Assembly (NCBI GenBank): GCA_038245905.1
Contig: JBBRRY010000002.1
Location: forward strand, 160,001 to 224,000
Source: Thermoanaerobaculia bacterium
Lineage (GTDB): Bacteria; Acidobacteriota; Thermoanaerobaculia; UBA5066
Reading direction: 5' to 3'
DNA length: 64,000 nucleotides
Shown: positions 42,701 to 52,436 of the stretch, piece after piece
How the letters are laid out: each line of letters opens with the position of its first letter
Position numbering within the stretch: position 1 is the stretch's first letter
Position numbers and translations under genes: made by a program
Notes under the pieces: model-generated
Seen by the model: only the letters and a program-made list of their open reading frames with translations
The model's database searches: none
What the model was told of the DNA's origin: nothing

Positions 42701-42999
42701 GCGAGCCTCGGCCGCGCGGCCTCGCGAGGCGGCGGAGCCGGACGGCGCGGATCGCCCTCCTCACTCTCGGGTGGGTTCTCCTCGTGCTCGGCTTGATCGG
42801 CGGCCTTCTTCCCGTGATTCAGGGCTGGCCATTCGGCGTCGCGGGCGCCGCGATCCTCTACGTCGAGAGCCGATGGGTGCAGCGCAAGGTTCGCCGCTTC
42901 CGGCAGCGAAACCCGAAGTTCGAGCGCACCTGGCTCAAGGCGCGCGGGTGGCTGCGCGAGCGGCGGCGGAAAAAGGCAAAGGCGCAGGCCGTCCCCTGA
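42697..42999 (+). CDS. Small membrane protein (PGPGW-like)
   Basis: GWVLLVLGLIGGLLPVIQGW followed by a basic tail. Confidence 0.65.
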   Translation: MSEPRPRGLARRRSRTARIALLTLGWVLLVLGLIGGLLPVIQGWPFGVAGAAILYVESRWVQRKVRRFRQRNPKFERTWLKARGWLRERRRKKAKAQAVP

Positions 43000-43018
43000 C
43001 GACCCGCGCCGTTTTCCA

Positions 43019-44230
43019 TCAGTCCATTTGACGACGCAAGAACGTCGGAATGTCGAAGATGTCCTCGCGCGGGTCGCGCATGTTGATGAGGTTGACTCCG
43101 TAGCCGTGGTCTTCCGGAGACGGCACGTCGGGCGCGGTGCGCGCACGCTCGCGGTCCCTTTCTCCGCGATCCACCACTTGACGGGCACCGCTCGGCGTCA
43201 CCGGCAGCGAGACCTCGCGGCGCGAGGCGAGCGCCGCGGGCGCGTCGAATCCCGTCGCAATGACGCTGATCTTGACCTCGTCCTTCATGTCCTTGTCCAT
43301 GACGAGTCCGAAGATGACGTTTGCTTCCTCGTCGGCTGCCGCCTGGATGATCGCGCAGGCCTCGTTCACCTCGGCGAGCGTCAGATCCTCTCCCCCGGTC
43401 ACGTTGATGAGGATCGCGCGGGCGCCCTGGATGGACTGCTCTTCGAGGAGCGGGTTCGAGATCGCGCGCTGCGCTGCCTCGACCGCGCGGTGCTCGCCGG
43501 ACGCGGTACCCGTGCCCATGAGGGCCATACCCATGTTCTCCATGACGGTCTTCACGTCGGCGAAGTCGAGGTTCACGACGCCGGGGACGGTGATGAGGTC
43601 GCTGATGCCCTGAACAGCCTGCCGGAGGACGTCGTCCGCGATGCGGAAGGCCTCCCACGTCGTCACGTTGCGGTCCACGAACGAATAGAGGCGCTCGTTC
43701 GGGATCGTGATGAGCGTGTCGACGTACTCGCGGAGCTCGGCGATGCCGTCCTCGGCGTAGCGCAGCTTGCGCCGGCCCTCGAAGGAGAAGGGCTTCGACA
43801 CGATGGCGACGACGAGCGCACCCGCCTCGGACGCGAGCCGCGCCACGACCGGGGCCGCGCCGGTGCCCGTTCCGCCGCCCATCCCGGCCGTCACGAAGAC
43901 CATGTCCGAGCCCGCGAGAACCTGCGTGATCCTCTCGGCATCCTCGAGCGCGGCGTTGCGTCCGACGTCGGGGTTCGACCCCGCGCCCATGCCGCGCGAC
44001 GTCGTCAGCCCGAGCTGGAGCTTCGTCGCGGCGCGATTGACGCGCAGCACCTGGAGGTCCGTGTTCGCGGCCACGAAGTCGATCCCCTTGATGCCAGCCT
44101 GGATCATCCGGTTGACGGCATTGCCACCGCCCCCGCCGACGCCCACGACCTTGATCTTCGCGGGCGGAGAAGCGTCGTCGTTCAGGGAGATGGAAAGCGA
44201 CGCGCGGGGCTCGTCGTCGAAAAGGATCAT
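43019..44230 (-). CDS. ftsZ: Cell division protein FtsZ
   Basis: [26 protein letters not shown] and DIPTFLR. Confidence 0.97.
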   Translation of the reverse strand: MILFDDEPRASLSISLNDDASPPAKIKVVGVGGGGGNAVNRMIQAGIKGIDFVAANTDLQVLRVNRAATKLQLGLTTSRGMGAGSNPDVGRNAALEDAERITQVLAGSDMVFVTAGMGGGTGTGAAPVVARLASEAGALVVAIVSKPFSFEGRRKLRYAEDGIAELREYVDTLITIPNERLYSFVDRNVTTWEAFRIADDVLRQAVQGISDLITVPGVVNLDFADVKTVMENMGMALMGTGTASGEHRAVEAAQRAISNPLLEEQSIQGARAILINVTGGEDLTLAEVNEACAIIQAAADEEANVIFGLVMDKDMKDEVKISVIATGFDAPAALASRREVSLPVTPSGARQVVDRGERDRERARTAPDVPSPEDHGYGVNLINMRDPREDIFDIPTFLRRQMD

Positions 44231-44249
44231 CTTCTTTCCTCCATCGATA

Positions 44250-45497
44250 TCACAGAGCGGTGGACGCGGGGAACAAGTTCTTGAGGGAGCCTTTGAGTTT
44301 GTCGAAGAAACCCGATCCGGTGCCACGCAAGCGCCTCTTCGAGGCGGCGGCGCTGCCGCGCCCGTAGAGCAGGAGGCCCGCGGCGCAGGCCCACTCCGGC
44401 GAGGCGACGACGTCCGTGAGCCCGCCGAGACCGCGGGGCACGCCCCGGCGCACGGCGACGCCAAGGACCTGTTCCGCCACGTCGAGGATGCCGTCCAGCT
44501 CGGCGCCGCCCCCCGTGAGGACGAGGCCGGCCCTCAGCTCCGAGGCCGGCACTTCCCGAACCGACTCTTCCCAAAGCAGCGTGAGGAGCTCCTCGGCGCG
44601 CGGCTGGAGGATCTCGGCGATCTCGCGCCGCTTGACCGGGTGGACGCCGCGGCCGCCCGTCAGAGGCACGTCGATCGACTCGCTCTCGTTGACGAGGGCG
44701 GCCATGGCCGCACCGTATTTGCGCTTCAGGCGCTCGGCGTCGGGCACCGGCGTCTTGAGGACGACCGCGAGGTCGTTCGTGAAGTGGTCTCCCCCAACGG
44801 GCAGGACCGACGTGTGCGCGAGCGCGCCATGTCGCCAGACGGCGATCTCGGTCGTGCCGCCTCCGATGTCCGCGAGGACGACGCCCAGCTCCTTTTCGTC
44901 GGGCGTCAGGACGGCCTCCCCGGCCGCGAGCGGCTCCAGGACCATCTCGAGCACCTCGATGCCCGCCCGATTGACGCAGTTCAACAGATTCTGCGTCGTG
45001 GCGACCGGCACCGTGACCACGTGGACGTCGGCCTCGAGCCGGCTCCCGACCATCCCGAGCGGATCGGCGACGCCGTCCTGCCCGTCCACGACGAATTCCC
45101 GAGGGAGCACGTGGAGGATCTCGAATTCCGAGGGGATCGGGACCGAGCGCGCCGCGTCGAGCGAACGCTGGATGTCCTCGCGTGTGATCTCGCGGTTCTT
45201 CGCCGCCACTGCGACGACCTGGCGGCTGTTGAACGACTTCACGGCGGGACCGGCGACGCCCACGACGGCACGCTCGATCTGGGCCCCCGCCATGATTTCG
45301 GCTTCCTCGGTCGCGCGTTTGATCGCGTCGACGGTGGCGGGTACGTCGATGATGGCGCCCTTGCGCGCCCCTTTGTGAGAGGCCGTTCCCTTTCCGATGA
45401 TGTCCACGCGGCCCGTCGCGTCCTGTTCCGCGATGAGCGCGCACACTTTCGTCGATCCGATGTCCAGACTCACAAGGTACGAAGCGGGCTTGGGCAT
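44250..45497 (-). CDS. ftsA: Cell division protein FtsA
   Basis: [15 protein letters not shown] and VLTGGG. Confidence 0.96.
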   Translation of the reverse strand: MPKPASYLVSLDIGSTKVCALIAEQDATGRVDIIGKGTASHKGARKGAIIDVPATVDAIKRATEEAEIMAGAQIERAVVGVAGPAVKSFNSRQVVAVAAKNREITREDIQRSLDAARSVPIPSEFEILHVLPREFVVDGQDGVADPLGMVGSRLEADVHVVTVPVATTQNLLNCVNRAGIEVLEMVLEPLAAGEAVLTPDEKELGVVLADIGGGTTEIAVWRHGALAHTSVLPVGGDHFTNDLAVVLKTPVPDAERLKRKYGAAMAALVNESESIDVPLTGGRGVHPVKRREIAEILQPRAEELLTLLWEESVREVPASELRAGLVLTGGGAELDGILDVAEQVLGVAVRRGVPRGLGGLTDVVASPEWACAAGLLLYGRGSAAASKRRLRGTGSGFFDKLKGSLKNLFPASTAL

Positions 45498-45508
45498 TCG
45501 GCGTCCTC

Positions 45509-46318
45509 TCAGGTCTTCCCGCGCCCGGAATCAGCGGGCGCTTTGAGCACGATGCGGCCCGCGAAGCGCAGGTCCGCCTCGGTCGCGGACAGGGCGTGGC
45601 GGTCGAGTTCGGGGCGAAGGGCGAGGAACGCGCGCCACAGCGGCGCGGCCTTCCCCTGTTCGGCGGCGTCGGGACCAAAGAGAAGGCGCGCCCGGGCGAC
45701 GCGGTCCGTCACGGCGAACCCCTCGGGGACGAGGGCCACGTCCGAGACGCGCGCGAGAAGCGCGGGGTCTTCCGCGCGGATGGACTCGAGGAACGCGGCG
45801 CCCCGCGTGAGCGCCGCGGCGTCGGACGCGCCGGAGAGGATGACGAAATCGTCGCTCTTCGACAGGGCCCGCCCGGAATAAGGTCCGGTAAAGCCGCCGC
45901 CGCGGTCGATCGTCCACAGCTCCCCGTCCTTGTCGGCGCGCGCGACGAGCGCGACGGGTGGCCGCGCGACGACGCGCACGGCGATCGTGTCCGGCACGAT
46001 GCGGCGCGCCGACGCGGCCGCGACCCACGACCTTTTCGAGAGCTCGGCCACCGGCTGCTGGAGATCGAGAAAAAGAAGCGGACGCCCGATCCAGGCATCC
46101 GTCAGCTCCTCGGTCTCGGCCCGGCGCGCCTCCGGCACGCCGTCCAGGACGACCCGGTTCACGGCGAAGCGCGGATGCACGCGAAGAACGACGATGCCCG
46201 AGAGCGCGGCCGTCGCCGCCAAGAGGACCAGGAGGGCGGGCAGGATCAGCCGGTGGCCCGGGCGCCGCCGGCTGGGGCGGACGGTGCGGGACGCGGGGGG
46301 GCGGTAAAAAGAACTCAT
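45509..46318 (-). CDS. ftsQ: Cell division protein FtsQ/DivIB
   Basis: Single TM, POTRA-like region, DLRF motif; located before ftsA. Confidence 0.85.
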   Translation of the reverse strand: MSSFYRPPASRTVRPSRRRPGHRLILPALLVLLAATAALSGIVVLRVHPRFAVNRVVLDGVPEARRAETEELTDAWIGRPLLFLDLQQPVAELSKRSWVAAASARRIVPDTIAVRVVARPPVALVARADKDGELWTIDRGGGFTGPYSGRALSKSDDFVILSGASDAAALTRGAAFLESIRAEDPALLARVSDVALVPEGFAVTDRVARARLLFGPDAAEQGKAAPLWRAFLALRPELDRHALSATEADLRFAGRIVLKAPADSGRGKT

Positions 46319-47727
46319 TTGGATTTTGCTTCGGATTCGGAGGAAGACGATTTCTTAGAAGGGGGAGAGAGAAGAAAATCTTCTCCGAAATGATTGACGT
46401 CGCCCGCGCCCATCGTGAGAAGGAGGTCGCCCTCTCTCATCTCGTCTTCCAGCGCCGGTGCGATTTCCGCGCGATCCGCCAGGAAACGCGCGGCGCGATG
46501 TCCGCGCGCCGTCGCGGCGTCCGCGACCAGGGCGCCCGTCACGCCCTCCCGCGGAGCCTCCCTCGAGCCATACACCGGCGTCACGAGAAGTACGTCCGCG
46601 TTCAGGAACGCCGCCCCGAACGCCGCCGCGAAGTCCTTCGTGCGGGAATAGAGATGCGGCTGGAAGAGCGCGACGACGCGGCGGTCCGGGTACGACTGGC
46701 GCGCGGCCGCGAGCGTCGCCGCGACTTCGGTCGGGTGGTGGGCGTAGTCGTCGATGACGACGACGCCGGCGCGCTCCCCCTTCTTCTCGAAGCGCCGGAT
46801 GACGCCCTTGAATTCCTCGAGGGCGCGCGCCGCGATCCCGAACGGGATCGAGAGCTCGCGCGCGATCGCGAGCGCTCCCAGCGCATTCTTCACGTTGTGG
46901 AGGCCCGGCACCTTGAGTGCGACGGGTCCCATGAACTCGCGGCCGGCGGTCGCGATGAACCGCGATCCGGAGCGCTCGAGCACGAGATCGCGCACCGTGA
47001 CGTCGGCCTGGGGCGTGATTCCGAACGTGACGACGCGGCGCGGCACGAGCGGCCGGATCTCCTGCACGTTCGGGTCGTCCAGGCCGAGGATCGCGGCGCC
47101 GAAGAACGGCACGCTCCGCGCGAAGCGCGCGAACGTCTCCTGGATGTCCGCGAGGTCGCGGTACGTGTCCAGGTGCTCGAGGTCGATGTTGTTGACGAGC
47201 GCCAGCATGGGCGAGAGCGCCAGGAACGAGCGGTCGAACTCGTCGGCCTCGGCCACGAGATACTCCCCGTGCCCGAGCCGCGCCGTCCCCACCTCGCGCA
47301 TCCGGCCGCCCACGATGATCGTGGGATCGAGGCCCGCCGCCATGAGGATCGCGCCCGTCATGGACGTCGTCGTGGTCTTGCCGTGCGTTCCGGCGATCGC
47401 GATGCCGCGTTTGACGCGCATGACCTCGGCGAGCATTTCCGCCCGCTTGATCACCGGGATCCCGGCGGAACGCGCGGCCGCCACCTCCGGGTTGCTCTCG
47501 TGGACGGCGCTCGAATAGACCACGACGTCCGCACCGGCGACGTTTTCGGCTCGATGGCCCTGGTGGACCTTGATGCCGAGTCCGATGAGGCGCTCGGACG
47601 TCTCGCCGAGCACGAGGTCCGAGCCCGTGACCTCGAGCCCGACGCTCTTGAGGAGCTCGGCGAGGCCGCACATGCCGATCCCGCCGATGCCGACGAAGTG
47701 GAGCCGTTTCACTCGGAGGAAATTCAA
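46315..47727 (-). CDS. murC: UDP-N-acetylmuramate--L-alanine ligase
   Basis: HFVGIGGIGM, GTHGKTTT, EADE, DDYAHHP and FQPH; TTG start overlaps the murG stop. Confidence 0.95.
   Translation of the reverse strand: MNFLRVKRLHFVGIGGIGMCGLAELLKSVGLEVTGSDLVLGETSERLIGLGIKVHQGHRAENVAGADVVVYSSAVHESNPEVAAARSAGIPVIKRAEMLAEVMRVKRGIAIAGTHGKTTTTSMTGAILMAAGLDPTIIVGGRMREVGTARLGHGEYLVAEADEFDRSFLALSPMLALVNNIDLEHLDTYRDLADIQETFARFARSVPFFGAAILGLDDPNVQEIRPLVPRRVVTFGITPQADVTVRDLVLERSGSRFIATAGREFMGPVALKVPGLHNVKNALGALAIARELSIPFGIAARALEEFKGVIRRFEKKGERAGVVVIDDYAHHPTEVAATLAAARQSYPDRRVVALFQPHLYSRTKDFAAAFGAAFLNADVLLVTPVYGSREAPREGVTGALVADAATARGHRAARFLADRAEIAPALEDEMREGDLLLTMGAGDVNHFGEDFLLSPPSKKSSSSESEAKSK
46350..46369 (+). 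repeat. Dispersed AT-rich motif copy 3 (ATTTCTTAGAAGGGGGAGAG)
   Basis: Lies in the MurC C-terminal extension; 16 bp identical to the dnaX copy. Confidence 0.75.
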
Positions 47728-48839
47728 GCGGCCTCCACTTCGAAGAGAAGATCGCAAAGGCGGGAAGCCGCATCCGGCGCGGCCGCGGCCGAGCGGCGCG
47801 CGGCTTCGCCCATCGTGAGAAGCCGCAGCGGATCCCGGAGGAGACTCGACAGGGCGGACGCCAGAGATTCCTCCGTCGCCTCCGCCTCCGTGACGACGAC
47901 GGCGGCGCCCTCGGACTCCAGGGCTCGCCCGTTCGCCTCCTGGTGCCCGTGCGCCGCGGCCGCAAACGGCACGAGGAGGGCGGGGCGTCCCGCTGCCGCG
48001 ACCTCGGCGACCGTCATCGCGCCCGCGCGCGAAACGACGAGGTCGGCGGACGCGTACGCCGCCGCCATGTCGTCGAGGAACTCGTGGACGAACGTGCGGT
48101 CGTGAGCGATGCCCCGCTTCGCGTAGGCCGCCACGACCTCACCGGCGCGGCCCTTCCCCGCCTGGTGGACGACGTCGAACGCGATTCCACCCGCGGCGAC
48201 ACGCAGAAGCGCGCCCGGCATGAGCCGATTCAGGATCTCGGCTCCCTGGCTGCCGCCGACGACGAGGATCCGGAGCCGCCGTTCCTTCGACCTCGAGACG
48301 AGAGAGGGAATCTCGAAAAACGCAGGACGGACGGGATTGCCCGTGAAGATCGCCCCCGGCAGTGCCGCCGCGCCCCGAGCAGTTCCGACCGCGACGCGGC
48401 GCGCGAGACGCGCCAGGATCCGGTTCGTGAGACCCGGGATGGCGTTCTGCTCGTGGATGAGCGTCGGAATTCTCCAGGCCCACGCCGTGGCCACGAGCGG
48501 ACCGGAGGCGTAGCCACCCACGCCGACGACCGCGCGCGGCGCGTGCCTCGCGAGGAGGCGCAGGGAGTCGAGGAACGCGAAAGGGAGCGTGAAGAGACCG
48601 TCGAGACGCGCGCGCCAGCCCTTGCCGACGAGCCCTTTCGCGCGCACGAGCTCGAGAGGGAAGCCGGCCTTCGGGACGAGCGTCGTCTCGAGCCCGCGCG
48701 CCGTTCCGACGAACACGATCGACGCGCCGGGCCGGCGCCGCCGGATCTCGCCCGCGAGCGCGAGGGCCGGGAAGACGTGCCCGCCCGTTCCCCCGCCCGC
48801 GATCAGAAATCCCCTTTCGTTCAGAGTGTGCTCCGTCAT
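47724..48839 (-). CDS. murG: MurG GlcNAc transferase
   Basis: GGGTGGH, HEQN, GNPVR, GGSQGA and HQEAN. Confidence 0.96.
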   Translation of the reverse strand: MTEHTLNERGFLIAGGGTGGHVFPALALAGEIRRRRPGASIVFVGTARGLETTLVPKAGFPLELVRAKGLVGKGWRARLDGLFTLPFAFLDSLRLLARHAPRAVVGVGGYASGPLVATAWAWRIPTLIHEQNAIPGLTNRILARLARRVAVGTARGAAALPGAIFTGNPVRPAFFEIPSLVSRSKERRLRILVVGGSQGAEILNRLMPGALLRVAAGGIAFDVVHQAGKGRAGEVVAAYAKRGIAHDRTFVHEFLDDMAAAYASADLVVSRAGAMTVAEVAAAGRPALLVPFAAAAHGHQEANGRALESEGAAVVVTEAEATEESLASALSSLLRDPLRLLTMGEAARRSAAAAPDAASRLCDLLFEVEAA

Positions 48840-49942
48840 GACGCGTGCTGCGAGAGGTTGAGGAGAATCCCGACCGCGAGGAGATCGGCCCAGAGCGCCG
48901 ATCCGCCGTACGAGAGAAACGGAAGCGGGATTCCCTTGGTGGGAAGCAGCGCGAGCACGACGGAGATGTTGACGAGCGCCTGCACGACGATCATCACCGA
49001 GAAGCCGATGCCGAGGAGCCGGCCGAAGGAGTCCGGCGCGTTCGCGGCGGCACGCACGCCGCGCGCGAAGAGGAACCCGAAGAGCGCGAGCACCGCGACG
49101 CAGCCGAGAAGCCCCAGCTCCTCGCCCACGATCGCGTAGATGAAGTCCGTGTACGGGTACGGAAGGAAGAACAGCTTCTGCTTCCCGTGCCCGAGGCCGA
49201 GGCCCGTGGCACCCCCCGTTCCCACGGCAATGAGCGACTGGATCGCGTGAAAACCCTTGCCGAGCGGGTCCGCCTCCGGGTGCAGGAAGGCGTGAAGACG
49301 GTCCCGCCGGTACTGCGCCATCCCCACGTAGGCCGAGAGCGTGGGCACGAGGAGGAGCGCCGACACGAGGAAGTACTTGAGGGGCAGGCCGGCGAAATAG
49401 AGCATCGCGGCGGCGATCACGAAGTACGTCAGCGCGGTCCCGAAATCGGGCTCGAGGAGGACGAGGCCCGCGAAGAGGACGACGAGCCCCGCGATCGGCA
49501 GAAGGGTCCGCGTCGGGTGGGTGACCTCTCCCTCCCGCCGCGAGAGGAGCGCCGCGAGCGCGATGACGAGCCCGATCTTCGCGAACTCGGACGGCTGCAC
49601 GGACTTGATGACGCCGAGGGACAGCCAGCGCCGTGCGCCGTTCACGGGAGCCCGGAGCAGGACGGCGACGAGCGCCCCGATTAGGAGAACGAGCCCGGCC
49701 GTGACGAGGCGAGGGTCGTTCAGGCGGCGGTAGTCGATCGACATCGCCAGGAACGCGAGCACGCCGCCGACGACGACGGCGACCGTCTGCTTGATCACGA
49801 AAAAGTACGCGCCCGCAGGAGCCGCCGACGTCGGCAGGTAGATCTGCATCGCGGACGCGCTGTAAATCATGAGGAGCCCCGTCAGGACGAGCAGCACGAC
49901 GGAGGCGAACAGGAGGCGGTCGAACGCCAGCTTCCTCGCCAT
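48836..49942 (-). CDS. ftsW: SEDS protein FtsW
   Basis: NGARRW, QPSEFAK, EPDFG, TDFI and LPFLSYGGS. Confidence 0.95.
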   Translation of the reverse strand: MARKLAFDRLLFASVVLLVLTGLLMIYSASAMQIYLPTSAAPAGAYFFVIKQTVAVVVGGVLAFLAMSIDYRRLNDPRLVTAGLVLLIGALVAVLLRAPVNGARRWLSLGVIKSVQPSEFAKIGLVIALAALLSRREGEVTHPTRTLLPIAGLVVLFAGLVLLEPDFGTALTYFVIAAAMLYFAGLPLKYFLVSALLLVPTLSAYVGMAQYRRDRLHAFLHPEADPLGKGFHAIQSLIAVGTGGATGLGLGHGKQKLFFLPYPYTDFIYAIVGEELGLLGCVAVLALFGFLFARGVRAAANAPDSFGRLLGIGFSVMIVVQALVNISVVLALLPTKGIPLPFLSYGGSALWADLLAVGILLNLSQHAS

Positions 49943-51354
49943 CAGCGCGTCCCCGCCGGCGCAGGCTCTTGCAGCGCCTTCACGAGCGCCTCGAAGACCT
50001 CGCCCCGATGCTCGAAGTCGCGGAACTGGTCGAACGACGCGCACGCCGGCGACAGGAGAACGGCGTCTCCCGGCGTGGCGTGGCGGGCGGCGTCCTCGAG
50101 AGCCTTCTCGAGCGTGCCCGCGACCTCGAGTGCGACGCCCGGCAGACCTCCGAGCGCCTTGGCGATGCCGGGCGCCGCCTTCCCGATCGCGAGAATGCGC
50201 CTCGCTTTCCGGGACGCCAGGGGCGCGAGCCGCGCGAAGTCGTCCCCCTTGTCCTTCCCGCCGAGGATGAGGTGGACCTTCCCGTCCGGGAACCCCTCGA
50301 GGCTCTTCAACGTGGCGTCCACGTTCGTCCCCTTCGAGTCGTTCCAGTAGCCGACGCCGTTCACCGTGCGCACGAGCGCCGTCCGGTGCGGGAGCCCGCG
50401 GAACGATCGCAGCGTCTCGACGGCCGTCTCGGGTGTGACGCCGAGCGGAAGGGTCGCGGCGAGCGCGGCAAGCGCGTTCTCGACGTTGTGCGCGCCCGGA
50501 AGCGCGAGGTCCGACCGTTTCGCCACGACGCGCGGGCCCTTGCCCGTCACGTCGGCGACGAAGAGGTCGTCCGCGAGCCACGCGCCCATTCCCCCGGACG
50601 ACGGAGCCCCGCGCCGCGAGAAAGCGAGGCGTCGCGCCCGCGGGCGAATCCGCGCGACGAGGGGGTCGTCCGCATTCAGGACTGCGACCTGCGCGTCGCG
50701 CTGGTTCTCGAAGATCCGCGCCTTGGCGGCACCGTAGTCGTCCATCGAGCGGTACCGGTCGAGATGATCGGGCGTCAAATTGAGATGGACGGCCACGTCG
50801 GGCGCGAAACGCCGGATCCCTTCGAGCTGGAAGGAGGACAGCTCGACGACCCACGTGCGCGGCGCCGTGCCGTTTCCGTTCGCGCCTTCTTTCGTCGCGA
50901 AGTGGATCCAGGGCGTCCCGAAGTTTCCGCAGGCGACGGCCGCGTGGCCGGCACCCCGGAGGAGCGCCGCCGCGAGGGCCGTCGTCGTCGATTTTCCGTT
51001 CGTGCCGGTCACGCCGACAGCGACTCCCGGCAGGAGGCGCGACGCGAGCTCGATCTCCGCGACGACGGGAATCGCGCGCGCCCGCGCCGCGTCGAAAACG
51101 GGAAGCGTCAGCGGGATGCCGGGCGACACGACGACGAGGTCGACGCCGTCGAGGAGCGCATCGGGATGCCCGCCGAGGACGTACCGCACGCCCGGACGCT
51201 CGGCGAGCCCCGTGAGGTCCGGCTTCGCGTCCGTGCCGACGACTTCCACGCCGCGCTCCTGGAGCGCCGCCACGGCGGCGCGGCCCGAGCGCGCGAGCCC
51301 GAAGACCGCCGCGGAGCGGATCTCGGGAAGGTCGGGGCCCAGGGACAGCGTCAT
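49942..51354 (-). CDS. murD: UDP-MurNAc-L-Ala--D-glutamate ligase
   Basis: TGTNGKSTT, ELSSFQL, DHLDR, NDSKGTN and SPACASFD. Confidence 0.96.
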   Translation of the reverse strand: MTLSLGPDLPEIRSAAVFGLARSGRAAVAALQERGVEVVGTDAKPDLTGLAERPGVRYVLGGHPDALLDGVDLVVVSPGIPLTLPVFDAARARAIPVVAEIELASRLLPGVAVGVTGTNGKSTTTALAAALLRGAGHAAVACGNFGTPWIHFATKEGANGNGTAPRTWVVELSSFQLEGIRRFAPDVAVHLNLTPDHLDRYRSMDDYGAAKARIFENQRDAQVAVLNADDPLVARIRPRARRLAFSRRGAPSSGGMGAWLADDLFVADVTGKGPRVVAKRSDLALPGAHNVENALAALAATLPLGVTPETAVETLRSFRGLPHRTALVRTVNGVGYWNDSKGTNVDATLKSLEGFPDGKVHLILGGKDKGDDFARLAPLASRKARRILAIGKAAPGIAKALGGLPGVALEVAGTLEKALEDAARHATPGDAVLLSPACASFDQFRDFEHRGEVFEALVKALQEPAPAGTR

Positions 51355-52436
51355 CGGAGCTTCAACGTCGAAAGCGCAAAGAGCGCGAAAAGGATCGCGA
51401 CGATCCAGAAACGGATGATGACCTTCGATTCCGGCCAACCGGCGAGCTCGAAGTGGTGATGGAGGGGCGCCATCCGGAAGATGCGCTTGCCGCGCAGCTT
51501 GAAGGAGCCCACCTGCAGGATCACGGAGACGGCCTCGACGACGAAGAGGCCGCCCACGAGGACGAGCAGGATCTCCTGCTTGATGAGGACGGCGACGGTC
51601 CCGAGCGCCGCGCCGAGGGCGAGCGAACCCGTATCCCCCATGAAGACTTCGGCCGGATGGCTGTTGAACCAGAGAAAGCCGAGCGACGCGCCCACGATGG
51701 CGGCGCAAAACACGGCGAGCTCCCCCGTTCCCGGAACGTAGGGCACGAGGAGGTAATTTGCGGTTTTCGCGTTGCCGGCGATGTACGCGAGGATCGCGAA
51801 CGTTCCCGAGGCGACCAGCGTGGCTCCGATCGCGAGACCGTCGAGGCCGTCCGTGAGGTTGACGGCGTTCGACGAGCCGACGACGACGATCGCGGCGAAG
51901 AGGATGTAGAAGATCCCGAGCTCCGGATGGACGTTCTTGAGGAACGGCAGCGTGATGCGCGTCGCGTCCGCGCGCCCCTCGAACAGCTTCACCGACGCCC
52001 AGGCGACGCCGAGCCCGATTGCGGTCTGCAGGACGAGCTTCTGGCGCCCCGAGAGGCCGCGGTTGTTCTGGCGCGACACTTTTCGCCAGTCGTCCCCGAT
52101 GCCGATGAGCATCGCGAGAACGGTCGCCGCGAGGGCGACCCACACGTAGCGGTTGGAGAGATCGGCGAACACGAGGGTCGGGACGAGGATCGCGAGGTTG
52201 ATGAGGACGCCGCCCATCGTGGGCGTTCCGGCCTTCACGAGATGGCCTTTCGGCCCCTCCTCGCGAATCGACTGGCCGATCTGGCGGGCGCGCAGCCAGC
52301 GGATGAGCGCCGGGCCGAGAAAGATCGAAAGGAGGAGCGCCATCAACGCCGCGTTCGCCGCGCGAAACGTGATGTAACGGAACACGTTGAGGAGCGGGAA
52401 TCGGCTGTGCAAAGGGTAGAGCAGCCAGAGGATCAT
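51351..52436 (-). CDS. mraY: Phospho-MurNAc-pentapeptide transferase
   Basis: GTPTMGG, NLTDGLDG, FMGDTG and APLHHHFE. Confidence 0.97.
   Translation of the reverse strand: MILWLLYPLHSRFPLLNVFRYITFRAANAALMALLLSIFLGPALIRWLRARQIGQSIREEGPKGHLVKAGTPTMGGVLINLAILVPTLVFADLSNRYVWVALAATVLAMLIGIGDDWRKVSRQNNRGLSGRQKLVLQTAIGLGVAWASVKLFEGRADATRITLPFLKNVHPELGIFYILFAAIVVVGSSNAVNLTDGLDGLAIGATLVASGTFAILAYIAGNAKTANYLLVPYVPGTGELAVFCAAIVGASLGFLWFNSHPAEVFMGDTGSLALGAALGTVAVLIKQEILLVLVGGLFVVEAVSVILQVGSFKLRGKRIFRMAPLHHHFELAGWPESKVIIRFWIVAILFALFALSTLKLR

Noticed and set aside
43501-43510. ACGCGGTACC matching the tRNA-Glu 3' end
   Set aside because: Only 10 bp and inside intact ftsZ; likely chance.
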